A stretch of DNA of 63,973 nucleotides, counting the filler, from Octopus bimaculoides (Eukaryota), in the NCBI RefSeq assembly GCF_001194135.2. It is 6 parts of 6 records of this genome, joined end to end, with 100 filler letters (N's around TTAATTAATTAA, not from the genome) between each part and the next. Parts side by side here need not be neighbours in the genome. Positions count along the whole stretch, not along the records: positions 23,439 to 25,535 come from NC_068992.1; positions 25,636 to 43,199 come from NC_069006.1; 4 more parts are not named here. The stretch is one strand, 5' to 3'. Shown here one piece after another: positions 25,421-37,900 of this stretch. The notes under the pieces were generated by a model. The model saw only the letters and a list, made by a program, of their open reading frames with translations, was not told the origin of the DNA and searched no databases. The first letter of the stretch is position 1; each line of letters opens with the position of its first letter. Position numbers and translations under genes: made by a program.

Positions 25421-25535
25421 GTGGGATGGGGGTCAAGGTAGAAGATATAAGATCTGCTCTCAGGAGGTCAAGCAAATGGAAGTCTCCAGGAAAGGATAAA
25501 ATTCCTAACTTCTGGTTGAATGCCTTCCCAGAAAG
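25420..25535 (+). mobile_element. R4/Dong-like (REL) LINE fragment just upstream of the RT core
   Basis: VEDIRSALRRSSKWKSPGKDKIPNFWLNAF matches the EVxxALKKxxNWKAPGxDxIxNFWLK motif; cut by an assembly gap. Confidence 0.75.
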
Positions 25536-25686
25536 NNNNNNNNNNNNNNNNNNNNNNNNNNNNNNNNNNNNNNNNNNNNTTAATTAATTAANNNNNNNNN
25601 NNNNNNNNNNNNNNNNNNNNNNNNNNNNNNNNNNNGTAGTAGTAGTAGTAGTAGTAGTAGCAGTAGTAGTAGTAGTGGTGGTAGTA

Positions 25687-25745
<59 letters not shown>

Positions 25746-25899
25746 AGTGATAGTCGCAATGGTTGTTATGGTGGCGGTGGTAGTGGTAATGATGGTGATG
25801 ATGTTGCGGTGATAGCAATGGTGGTTGTGGTAGAAGTGAAGATGGTGGTGGTGACGGTGATGGTGATGGTGATAGTTGTTTTGGTGATAGAGGTCGTAT

Positions 25900-26125
25900 C
25901 AGGACAATTACCACTCGAGGACAATTACCACTCGAGGGCAATTACCACCCATAAAACAATTCCCCCCGGCGACAACTAACCCCAGGACAATTAGCCCCTT
26001 TAGTTAATTACCTCATCTCCAGTATATTAAGAAGTTTCAAATCATCTGTTGTCCTCGAGTGGCAATTGTCCTTGGGTGGTTGGGTGGGGGGGTTATTGTC
26101 CACGGGAGGTAAATTTCCTAGATTC
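25900..26125. repeat. Small foldback with GGACAATTACC subrepeats
   Basis: aggacaattaccactcg occurs three times (25901-25950) plus ggacaattagcccc; inverted copies ctcgagtggcaattgtcc (26056-26072) and gggggttattgtcc (~26088-26101). Confidence 0.7.
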
Positions 26126-26329
26126 GGTACAGGTATCAGTATGGCCAGATATGGTCATAACATCCGTTTCTTTAATTTTCTTTTGCATATAGCTTTGATA
26201 ACTTTGATAGGTTTCGGCCAGTATAGGCTCAGGCCATGTCTAACTCAATAGCACTACCTAGAATATATTCTTCCTTAAACCAGGATATAACACAATACCA
26301 CGTGACATATATTTTATCCATCAATCAAC

Positions 26330-27050
26330 TAGTTTTACCAATTCACAACCATTTTGTCCATCAGTCTATTTGATTTGACTGTCTGCCGCCACTTTTGTTT
26401 CTCACATCACTACTTCCATTAATCCACAGCCATTTTGCCAATCACTCAACTAATTCTAACAATCACCACCATTTTGTTTCTCACTTCCCACTTCTACAAA
26501 TCCACCGCCATTTTGTCCATTAATTTATTAATTTTGACAATCTTCTACCATTGTTGTTAGTCACTCCACCACTTATACTAATCCGCCGCAATTTTGTCCA
26601 TCAAGCGTTTAATTCTAATAATCCAGTCCAGTCCCATGTTGTCCATCACTCCATTAATTCTACGAATCCACCGCATTTTGTCCATTACACTTATTCAACA
26701 AAACCACCGCCATTTTGTCCTTTTGTCTATCACTCTATTATTTTATCAATCCACCGCTATTTTCCCCATCGTTCTATTAATTCGACTAATCCACTGCCAT
26801 TTTGCGTCACTCTGTAAATTCTAAAAATTCTGTCATTTTGTCCATCACTCTATTAATTCTACGCATCCACCGCCATTTTGTACATTACACTTATTCAACA
26901 AATTCACCGCCATTTTGTAATTTTGTCTATCACTCTATTTATTATAGTACTAATCCACTGCTATGTCGTCCATCATTCTATTAATTCGACTAATCCACGC
27001 ATTCCTTTCCTTTCTCTACCAATTACAACAATCACCGCACTTTTCACGCC
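26330..27050. repeat. Degenerate ~35-45-bp minisatellite (consensus aatccaccgccattttgtccatcactctattaattc)
   Basis: About 17 recognisable units; exact CCGCCATTTT near 26505, 26707, 26870 and 26907. Confidence 0.88.
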
Positions 27051-27441
27051 TTACATAGACAAATATTCAATTTACCGCTTTATATATTCATTGATTTTGT
27101 TTTATTTTTAAAATTGTATTCTATTTTCTTTTATCTTCAGAATATATCTCCTGCTGCTCGAAAAATACAAAAAGAAAAAGAAATCAGGAAAACCAAAACA
27201 CGAGAAACGATATATGGAAACGAACAAAAGTTGTTTAAAAAATATTATACGCATTCAAAATGGCGGCTACGCAAACAAAACATGGCCATTGTTATTATTT
27301 CTAACAAAATAATAAATAGATGAATATAAAGTAAATAAATAAATAAAGATTATAATCTCCATAGGGTATAATTGCAAAATAGTACTTTTTTCTCATTTTC
27401 TTTTTGATTTTACTTTTATAAGTTTCTTCTACGATGAGTGA

Positions 27442-27544
<103 letters not shown>

Positions 27545-29375
27545 GTATTTGTGTATGTACGTGCGTGCATGTCTGTGTGTGCGTGTGTGTCTTTGTTGTT
27601 CTGTAGTTACCGACCATTAGCGAAAATAAAAGGGGGGAAAATGGCTATCTATCAGTTAGGTGTAATAAAGCACACACACACACACGCACGCACACACACA
27701 CACGCACACACACACACACACACACACATATATACACACACACACACATGCGTATCATCACTGCTTGATAACTGGTACCAAAAAATACATAGCATTCGAT
27801 ATAAAAAAATGTTGAGTAATGTATATAATGGAGAAAGCGATAAACTAAAAGGAACTACAAATTATATATTGTGCTCACTGATAACTTTTTTTTTTCTGCT
27901 GTAATATTATTTCATAATACCGCATCTTTGTACATTCAGCCATCGTTTGGTCTTCTGAGCTGACATGCTTTCACAGCAAGAAACTAATAGTAACAACTAT
28001 GAATGGTCAACCACAACCACAACCACCACCATTACCAACACCACTACGACCACCACTACCATCAAAATCACCACCACCACCACTACCACTACTGCTGTCT
28101 CTACCATCAACATTATCACCACCAACAGCAACAGCAGTAACAGTATTAATACCAAAAGGTAAGCTTTATATCCAACTTAACGTAGAGGCTGTGTCTTGCA
28201 AACAATTCGCACATGCAAGTGCTACCAGTCGAGAACTCTGCATACCGGAAGCCAGCAAGTGTATGGGGTCATCAGGAGAGAATGCATGCCCTTTCGGGGC
28301 CTACCTCTCGACGGCATCAATGGGCACCAGCCCCCCTCACTGATGTGAGGCCCCGCTTGCTAGATCAACTGATTATTAAAACAAAGCTCAATATTTCTCT
28401 AGCCATCACTCATCGTCTCTTTTTAACCAAATCCAGTGGCTAGCCCTCTCCACTGTATTTTGAATATCGGTCATGGTGGTATTTACCTTACTGCGTTATT
28501 TACCGTGAGAGGGTCTTTCATATGGGCTTGTGTTACGTGAAAGCAATTCTGTTGTATAAATGCTGAGCACACATTAATGCGAACATATAGGCGTAATTTC
28601 TTGTTCACTGAAGTTAATTCTACATGAAGTCTGTTGCGAAACAGCCGTAATTCTTTAGAAATCACCAGAACATCATAGTTACATCACCAGTTCATTTCTA
28701 AATATACACACAGAATTCATTCTTTATATATACAATATATGGAAGGTTGGAAATGGACAAAATTACATTGATTTGGTTGATAAATAATATATATGTATAT
28801 ATTNNNNNNNNNNNNNNNNNNNNNNNNNNNNNNNNNNNNNNNNNNNNNNNNNNNNNNNNNNNNNNNNNNNNNNNNNNNNNNNNNNNNNNNNNNNNNNNNN
28901 NNNNNNNNNNNNNNNNNNNNNNNNNNNNNNNNNNNNNNNNNNNNNNNNNNNNNNNNNNNNNNNNNNNNNNNNNNNNNNNNNNNNNNNNNNNNNNNNNNNN
29001 NNNNNNNNNNNNNNNNNNNNNNNNNNNNNNNNNNNNNNNNNNNNNNNNNNNNNNNNNNNNNNNNNNNNNNNNNNNNNNNNNNNNNNNNNNNNNNNNNNNN
29101 NNNNNNNNNNNNNNNNNNNNNNNNNNNNNNNNNNNNNNNNNNNNNNNNNNNNNNNNNNNNNNNNNNNNNNNNNNNNNNNNNNNNNNNNNNNNNNNNNNNN
29201 NNNNNNNNNNNNNNNNNNNNNNNNNNNNNNNNNNNNNNNNNNNNNNNNNNNNNNNNNNNNNNNNNNNNNNNNNNNNNNNNNNNNNNNNNNNNNNNNNNNN
29301 NNNNNNNNNNNNNNNNNNNNNNNNNNNNNNNNNNNNNNNNNNNNNNNNNNNNNNNNNNNNNNNNNNNNNNNNNNN

Positions 29376-29451
<76 letters not shown>

Positions 29452-30249
29452 AAGATAGATACGGCCCGTCTATTACCCAGGGTTTCATGTAAAAAAAACG
29501 CTTAGCATTTAAAGCAATTAAGCATTGGAATGCTTTAGCTGGTGGGGTAAATACGTTGAGTGTATGCACATTCCTTCTTTGCTTTTAATGTGTGAGAAAA
29601 TGAGGTTAGAAGACTTGTGACACATAGTTTCAAAGTTTGTTTACCACTCCTCAGATGAGAAATGTCCTTTTCCAATCGTTCGCATAGTATATTCAACTTT
29701 GATATAAAGCAGTTCGTGAATTTTGCTATTACATAGTAGAGAGCTTAATTTGCATATTTGTATTTCTTGACTCTCTTCAATAGTTAAGCAAAGCATATTC
29801 TATGAACAAAAGTCTGAATCAGTGAATTAGAAGGACTGAAACAAACGGAAATTTGTAACTGTGAGAGGATATTTTAAAAATGTAAATACCTTTACATAGG
29901 TATAAATAATACAGAATGGGACAAGAACGTGAAACATCCAGACAGTTAGGTGATACAAGAAAGGGACAACAAAACATCCAGATGGACGATACAAAGAAAA
30001 CAGGGACAGGTCATTCGGAGCTTTCTCTCTTCAGTCGAGATCCAGATTATCTTTGCGATTTCGGCTGGTTATTCTCAATATTGCTCCAATCTGGCCAGCC
30101 CCAAGGAAAAACTAAGCTAAGAGCATTAGATTCCTTGGAAGAAAGCAGCGAATGTATACAAAAACAAGGACTCGCATCGCGTTGGCATTGTTGTACCTTC
30201 ACTACTACTTCCGCAACTGTTGCTTCATCAAATTTTACCTTATCTACAG

Positions 30250-31000
30250 CCAGACAAGTTTCCTTTGGAATATGAATATTCTTGAGTGTCAACAGCATGA
30301 TATTGCTTTATTTCTTCGATTGATCAAATATATTTCTTGAATGATTATAATAGTATTTTCTGCACATTGGTAGTATTCTGGAACTCTTTATATAAGGAGT
30401 AGGATCATTTATTATTGTCAGGTTTATATTTATATTTATGTTTTTCTCCCAGAAATTCTAAATAAGCTTCGAGACAAGCGATACCTTACTTTTGCAAATA
30501 TATTTCAACGAATCCCTGTGCTGTGTACATCTATTTTTGAACGTTTCCGAAGTTATTCCGATATAGATTTTGCGAGTTTGTTTCATTTGCAGTGCTGTTG
30601 CCACAAAGATTACAATTTTCTATTCAGGAAAATACTTTCTCTTCACGGGTATAAACGTAATCTATTGGAATTGTATCTATTTTCAGCATTGAGCTGTGGC
30701 TTTCCAGATATATGGTTATTTATAGCTTGGCTGGCATGGTTTTGGTTTCATTACTATTATAGAAATATTCAGGGTATATTATACACGCCTACAACATATA
30801 CATATATGTGTATATAGTTGAAGTAAATCAATAGATTATATTCAAGAACATACAATGCACAGAAGATATTCCAAGAGAAACAAAAATACCTTTATTAGGC
30901 GAAAATATTTTTTTCATTTCCAGTTTTATAGTATTCTAATCGTGTTACGCCTGACCAAATTCGTTTCCGATTCTTATTTTCCATTAATGTGTAAGAAGTG
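30250..31000 (-). mobile_element. Penelope-like element 3' part (GIY-YIG endonuclease relic)
   Basis: KNRKRIW.. followed by KIVIFVAT..RKIYIGITSETFKNRCTQHRDSLKY..SLVSKLI*NFWEKNININLTIINDPTPYIKSSRILPMC, a clear PLE endonuclease domain. Confidence 0.88.
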
Positions 31001-31171
31001 AAAGAGAGAGAGAGAGAGACAGAGAGACGTGTACCAATGTTAGCGCTCAAGAGGGAACAATAAAATGTATTAAATGTTATAGTCTCTCCATTTCGATTTA
31101 GTGTGTGTAAGCATTTTGCACTCCTCTGTGCATGTGTGTGTGTTTGTGCGCGTGCGCGTGTGCATGTACTT

Positions 31172-31224
<53 letters not shown>

Positions 31225-31780
31225 NNNNNNNNNNNNNNNNNNNNNNNNNNNNNNNNNNNNNNNNNNNNNNNNNNNNNNNNNNNNNNNNNNNNNNNNNNNN
31301 NNNNNNNNNNNNNNNNNNNNNNNNNNNNNNNNNNNNNNNNNNNNNNNNNNNNNNNNNNNNNNNNNNNNNNNNNNNNNNNNNNNNNNNNNNNNNNNNNNNN
31401 NNNNNNNNNNNNNNNNNNNNNNNNNNNNNNNNNNNNNNNNNNNNNNNNNNNNNNNNNNNNNNNNNNNNNNNNNNNNNNNNNNNNNNNNNNNNNNNNNNNN
31501 NNNNNNNNNNNNNNNNNNNNNNNNNNNNNNNNNNNNNNNNNNNNNNNNNNNNNNNNNNNNNNNNNNNNNNNNNNNNNNNNNNNNNNNNNNNNNNNNNNNN
31601 NNNNNNNNNNNNNNNNNNNNNNNNNNNNNNNNNNNNNNNNNNNNNNNNNNNNNNNNNNNNNNNNNNNNNNNNNNNNNNNNNNNNNNNNNNNNNNNNNNNN
31701 NNNNNNNNNNNNNNNNNNNNNNNNNNNNNNNNNNNNNNNNNNNNNNNNNNNNNNNNNNNNNNNNNNNNNNNNNNNNNNNN

Positions 31781-31856
<76 letters not shown>

Positions 31857-31869
31857 GTAATAGATAGAT

Positions 31870-31916
<47 letters not shown>

Positions 31917-31949
31917 ACAATATATAAGTACATATATGTTTATATATTC

Positions 31950-31986
<37 letters not shown>

Positions 31987-32431
31987 TACATACATGCGTG
32001 CATTCATACATGTCCGTATGTATATTACACACACACACACACACACATACACTATTTTTACATTAAGATGCCGTAGCTACATCTTTAAAAAAATAATTTA
32101 GTGTTTAAATGAAATTGCATTATTATTTTTTGTAATACAATAAAAGAAAATTTATGGTCTTAGAAAGGATGCAGAAAGCACAGAAGGAAATAATCTGTAT
32201 GAAGATATAACCAGGTTTATCGTAAATGGACAATGCCGAGCAGATGTTTACGATTCCATTTTCTATGTCTATGATTCTAGACATCAGCAAATTCATGTAA
32301 TGAATTCATGAGAGAAACTATATAACTCAGTATCGCCATCGGCATGAAAAACAATAGTTAAGTTAACGTGAATCCTGTTAAATTTCTTTCAACTACTTTT
32401 AAGTTTTACAAAATTTTTACCAGATATAGCC

Positions 32432-32746
32432 GCAGGAGTGGCTGTGTGGTAATTAGCTTGCTTACCAGCCACATGGTTCCGGGTTCAGTTCCACTCCGTG
32501 GCACCTTGGGCAAGTGTCTTCTACTATAGCCTCGGGCCGACCAAAGCCTTGTGAGTGGATCTGATAGACGGAAACTGAAAGAAGCCCGTCGTATATATTT
32601 ATATATCTATTTGTGTATCTGTGTTTGTCACCCCACCCACCCAACAGCGCTTGACAACCGATGGTGGTGTGTTTACGTCACCGTCACTTAGCGGTTCGGC
32701 AAAAGAGCCCGGAGTCGATTTGCTCGACTAAAGGCGGTGCTCCAGG
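32432..32746 (+). mobile_element. Family-B tRNA-derived SINE with intact head
   Basis: A-box-like gtggctgtgtggtaa and B-box ggttcagttcc, followed by gcaccttgggcaagtgtcttctactatagcc body. Confidence 0.92.
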
Positions 32747-33962
32747 CGAAATGGGATGTAGTCGATTATATCGACCCCATTATTNNNNNNNNNNNNNNNN
32801 NNNNNNNNNNNNNNNNNNNNNNNNNNNNNNNNNNNNNNNNNNNNNNNNNNNNNNNNNNNNNNNNNNNNNNNNNNNNNNNNNNNNNNNNNNNNNNNNNNNN
32901 NNNNNNNNNNNNNNNNNNNNNNNNNNNNNNNNNNNNNNNNNNNNNNNNNNNNNNNNNNNNNNNNNNNNNNNNNNNNNNNNNNNNNNNNNNNNNNNNNNNN
33001 NNNNNNNNNNNNNNNNNNNNNNNNNNNNNNNNNNNNNNNNNNNNNNNNNNNNNNNNNNNNNNNNNNNNNNNNNNNNNNNNNNNNNNNNNNNNNNNNNNNN
33101 NNNNNNNNNNNNNNNNNNNNNNNNNNNNNNNNNNNNNNNNNNNNNNNNNNNNNNNNNNNNNNNNNNNNNNNNNNNNNNNNNNNNNNNNNNNNNNNNNNNN
33201 NNNNNNNNNNNNNNNNNNNNNNNNNNNNNNNNNNNNNNNNNNNNNNNNNNNNNNNNNNNNNNNNNNNNNNNNNNNNNNNNNNNNNNNNNNNNNNNNNNNN
33301 NNNNNNNNNNNNNNNNNNNNNNNNNNNNNNNNNNNNNNNNNNNNNNNNNNNNNNNNNNNNNNNNNNNNNNNNNNNNNNNNNNNNNNNNNNNNNNNNNNNN
33401 NNNNNNNNNNNNNNNNNNNNNNNNNNNNNNNNNNNNNNNNNNNNNNNNNNNNNNNNNNNNNNNNNNNNNNNNNNNNNNNNNNNNNNNNNNNNNNNNNNNN
33501 NNNNNNNNNNNNCACCACCACTACCAACACCACCACCACCACTACCAACACCACCAACACCGCCACCATCACCGCTACCAACACCACCACCACCACCACC
33601 ACCAACACCACGGCTTTTACCACCAACAGGAATAACATCATTAACTCTAGCCACGAAATATGTGTTAGAAAAAGCAGCAATCCGCTGTGTCCTCCTTCGC
33701 GTCTCCAGTGTTATGTTACTCTGTTATACTCCTGCAACACTCTAAACTGTCTCTCTTATCTTTGGCTGTGTTTCAGGTTCGTTGCTGTAGTCTTTGTCTG
33801 TGCGCCTTCCATAAAAATCTATATATCTGATTTCATACAAGCGCCATCTTTTGTATACACACTGGCAGTGATAGATTCGCAGATAAAGACTAATCTTATA
33901 TTTCAGCATGTAACGATTTGTGTCTATCTTTATGTATGTCTAATTGTATGTATGTCTAATTG

Positions 33963-33993
<31 letters not shown>

Positions 33994-34887
33994 GTATGTA
34001 TGTATATATGTATATGTAAGTATGTATGTATATATGTATGTATGTATGTGTTTGTGTGTGTGTTGCTTATATTGTGGTAAACGAATATATGGTACATTTT
34101 TAGTTCATATATATACTTATAGCTTGTGGAGTATGTTTACATGTAGGTANNNNNNNNNNNNNNNNNNNNNNNNNNNNNNNNNNNNNNNNNNNNNNNNNNN
34201 NNNNNNNNNNNNNNNNNNNNNNNNNNNNNNNNNNNNNNNNNNNNNNNNNNNNNNNNNNNNNNNNNNNNNNNNNNNNNNNNNNNNNNNNNNNNNNNNNNNN
34301 NNNNNNNNNNNNNNNNNNNNNNNNNNNNNNNNNNNNNNNNNNNNNNNNNNNNNNNNNNNNNNNNNNNNNNNNNNNNNNNNNNNNNNNNNNNNNNNNNNNN
34401 NNNNNNNNNNNNNNNNNNNNNNNNNNNNNNNNNNNNNNNNNNNNNNNNNNNNNNNNNNNNNNNNNNNNNNNNNNNNNNNNNNNNNNNNNNNNNNNNNNNN
34501 NNNNNNNNNNNNNNNNNNNNNNNNNNNNNNNNNNNNNNNNNNNNNNNNNNNNNNNNNNNNNNNNNNNNNNNNNNNNNNNNNNNNNNNNNNNNNNNNNNNN
34601 NNNNNNNNNNNNNNNNNNNNNNNNNNNNNNNNNNNNNNNNNNNNNNNNNNNNNNNNNNNNNNNNNNNNNNNNNNNNNNNNNNNNNNNNNNNNNNNNNNNN
34701 NNNNNNNNNNNNNNNNNNNNNNNNNNNNNNNNNNNNNNNNNNNNNNNNNNNNNNNNNNNNNNNNNNNNNNNNNNNNNNNNNNNNNNNNNNNNNNNNNNNN
34801 NNNNNNNNNNNNNNNNNNNNNNNNNNNNNNNNNNNNNNNNNNNNNNNNNNNNNNNNNNNNNNNNNNNNNNNNNNNNNNNNNNNNNNN

Positions 34888-34937
<50 letters not shown>

Positions 34938-35121
34938 CTATGCGTTGATAACTTCCAATTTTTCAGCAGGAAACTTGAAGTAATAGGAAAATCAGTCAAC
35001 TCTAATCAATCAGAATTTATAGCCCGCCTACGAAGGTCATAAGTACATGGTAAGACATGCAGCCTCACCTTTCCGTTATCTCCAGTTAAACAACGTAGTC
35101 GCTTCAAATGACACGACAGGA

Positions 35122-35168
35122 CTATCAAACACCGGTTTTTCAGCATAGCGGTTCCTCGTCAGTGATAG
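35122..35168 (-). ncRNA. Minimal Type I hammerhead ribozyme motif with two point changes
   Basis: cuauca CUGACGA GG-aaccgcuaug-CU GAAA(A) ACCGGU GUU / ugauag: perfect 6-bp stem I; C11.1>U (CpG decay) and C15.2>A; restoring C gives the 10-nt palindrome ACACCGGUGU. Confidence 0.72.
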
Positions 35169-35236
35169 ATGCTACCCGGTCTTTAAAGATTCGAGGTTTC
35201 CTTCTCTAGCCCGAAAGGACTGGGTGGTATCCACCA

Positions 35237-35280
35237 CTGGAGGAAACATAAACATGCTGAAACACTGGTATTTGCTAGTC
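35237..35280 (+). ncRNA. Degenerate inverted sister copy of the 35122-35168 hammerhead
   Basis: ctggaggaaacataaacatg ct GAAAC ACTGGT ATT tgctagtc aligns with the minus-strand copy and retains C15.2; CUGANGA box is damaged. Confidence 0.5.
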
Positions 35281-35559
35281 TACTATCGTTATATAGAACG
35301 TGTGCGTTGCCAGTATACATCGTCTATGAAGAAAATTTGTTCGAATTGTAACACAAATGTAAATGGCCGTGTTCACTTTTGCGTTGGAAATAGACATGCA
35401 CAGAGTTGGTTTGCGAGCCCACATACATATGCATACATGCATATATATATGGGGTGGGGGGAGAATTCACAAAAAAAAACAAAAGACGAAGACAGGTGGT
35501 GTAGACAACAAACACATGTATTAGTTTAACGCTCGGGAAGTGATATTCCAGTTCCAGTT

Positions 35560-36070
35560 GTATAAATTCCTTATCTTTGAGCTCTTGAATATATGCATAA
35601 ATTGAAGTACTTCTACATCAAAAATTACCTCTGAATGAAAAAGTGAGTTGATCATATCTGATTTTAAAATGATTGGTGGTGGTGCTGACGCATGTTTAGT
35701 AGAGTTGGTGATACTTTAGACTAGTGATATAGTGTGTCTTTAATCCATCAGTAGAGTTCAAGGGGCACAAAGTAGGGTTAGTATTTATACAATTATAATT
35801 GTAAATAGGAGCAATATTGAGAGCCGTAGAGTTTGAGATTTGTAACTATACTATTACTGAATACTTTATAACAATACCTTGCAGTGGGAAGATTTTGTAC
35901 CTTTTTGAGGTAAGGAAAAGAAAATTTTAGCTAGGAGTGTGACTACTTCCAAATTTAATGGTGGTTTAGGCCAGCTTATGTTTCTGTTCCTATTTCTATT
36001 GTGAGTTATTCTGAGATGGTTAAATATAATTTTTCCCACAAACTGCCACTTTTTAATGCTTCCTTGCAAT
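35560..36070 (-). mobile_element. Penelope-like element 3' part (GIY-YIG relic)
   Basis: NRNRNRNISWPKPPLNLEVVTLLAKIFF (cf. RKRNIIWFNPP..TNIAKxFF), then LCPLN and CVSTTTNHFKIRYDQLTFSFR. Confidence 0.88.
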
Positions 36071-36607
36071 ATGTGAAACGGTCTTTAAATATTTATTCGT
36101 GAGTAAACATACACTCATATAAATAATATACATAAGTACATGAAAAACACACGCCAAAAACACGACAAACACACACAACAACGTACACTAACGCACACCA
36201 AACGCGTATACACACACCCACACACAAAAGCACAGCATATAACTAACACAAACACATACAGCAAACGCACGCACCCAAATACATATACACACACATAAAT
36301 ATAGACTCACATGCACACACATACACGGCAAATATGCACACACAACTAACACAGCGAACGCGCACATACGCACACACGATAAATACTCTCACGTACACAG
36401 ATATTGCCCCCGATAACTGGAACACAATGCTCTTCAAAATTGTTGCCAGGAACTGCAGCAGACTGAAACAGTTCTGGAAGGAAGCTGGAGAAAAATTATC
36501 GATTTTTTTACAACAGAATATCTGAAACATGATCGAAGCAGTAGCTGCCATACACTTTAGTGGTTGGATAAAGATATTACCTTTTGAAATAGTATGACAT
36601 GGCACAG

Positions 36608-36687
<80 letters not shown>

Positions 36688-36783
36688 GGACAGACGGACA
36701 GACAGTTAGATAGATAGATAGATAGATAGNNNNNNNNNNTAGATAGATAGATAGATAGATAGGTGGACAGACAGACAGACAGT

Positions 36784-36850
<67 letters not shown>
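36608..36850. repeat. (GATA)n microsatellite; similar tracts at 31781-31920, 41858-41915, 43400-43448 and (CTAT)n at 63297-63425
   Basis: Direct observation. Confidence 0.97.
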
Positions 36851-36852
<2 letters not shown>

Positions 36853-37149
36853 TGAGTGAGTGAGTGAGGGAGGGAGGGAGAGAGGAAGGGAGGGAGAATT
36901 AAGTGGAAAGGAAATATACAAAGTGAGTAAGTGAGAGAGAGAGAGAAAGAAAGAGAAAGAGAGAGTTAGGGAAAGAGAAAGTGAGATAATGAAAGCCATT
37001 AGAATGTTTGAGTAATCTCTGAATACCTGTTCGGAGGTGGATAGATTAGCGTATTAGAATGATAAGTGGTTGATGGCTTATCTCTAGAAACATCGATGTT
37101 TGCTCGTATGGAATCTCTCACAGATAATATTCAACGTATAACCTTATAA

Positions 37150-37400
37150 GATGATAATTTAATTCCTGGTGTATATGACAATCAGATTTGCTTTAGAGAG
37201 CACAAATTGATGAATGGTTCCTCATCTTCTTCCAGTTTTAAACGGCAATTTTTACATCGATTCAATATTTTTTTAAAACTAATTTGATAATAATTTAAAA
37301 GTTTATTACGAGTTCGTTTCAAGTACGGTGATCTTTTCTTTTTTTTTAACAAAATCTCAAGACTAATCATTTGTACATCGTGTCGTCGTCAAAGGAGAAA
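37150..37400 (-). mobile_element. Possible mariner N-terminal fragment; a ~90-bp piece is duplicated at 39277-39360
   Basis: RCKNCRLKLEEDEEP resembles RFKNGRxSLEDxERxGRP; ttgatgaatggttc..ccagttttaaacggcaatttttacatcgat occurs at both 37208 and 39277. Confidence 0.4.
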
Positions 37401-37637
37401 AAGAATGGACGAAAAATATAGAAAATCTTCTGATTAGAAAGATTCAGTGAAACTAACTAATCAATCTTTCTTCCTTCCCCGTTTTATATCTGTAAGAATT
37501 TTATCAGTGCATCATCGAAACAAAATCACTGCAGATAATGTTCTTATTCGAGAGATTCTGCTCAGCAACTTTGGTCAACCATTATCGTTTCGTATCTTCC
37601 ATCTTTTCTTTATATTTTACATGTCTCAATCATTGAA

Positions 37638-37900
37638 CTGAGGCCATGCTAGGGCGCCGTCTTGAAGAGTTTAGTCGAACAAATCGATCTCAGTACATAT
37701 TCTTTTAAACGGTTTGGTAACTATTCTATCGGGCTTTTTGGCGAACTACTAAGTCACTGCGGGAGTAAACAAACCAACACCGGTTTTCATGTGGTTAAGA
37801 CATGACAGACACACACACTCACACACACACAAACACACACACACGCACGCGCACGCACGCACACACACATATATATGTATACGACGGGCTTCTGCACAGT
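37638..37900 (-). mobile_element. Family-B SINE, partial
   Basis: Reverse complement matches gaagcccgtcgtata..ccgatagaatag..gatttgttcgactaa..ggcgccctagcatggcc. Confidence 0.75.

Noticed and set aside
26330-27050. CRISPR-like repeat-spacer array (also considered for 48262-50150)
   Set aside because: Units are degenerate along their whole length with no unique spacers, there are no cas genes, and the context is eukaryotic
30000-30660. Apparent prostanoid-receptor-like GPCR pseudogene on the plus strand (YLCDFG.., SIRFL..RIALALLY, E*DHLLL, VYIYF)
   Set aside because: The minus strand gives a much cleaner Penelope GIY-YIG domain (KIYIGITSETFKNRCTQH..); the hydrophobic TM-like text is the T-rich antisense shadow
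32432-32505. tRNA genes at SINE heads (also 39686, 57443, 56590-56665)
   Set aside because: A and B boxes are present but there is no cloverleaf, and each continues into a repeated SINE body
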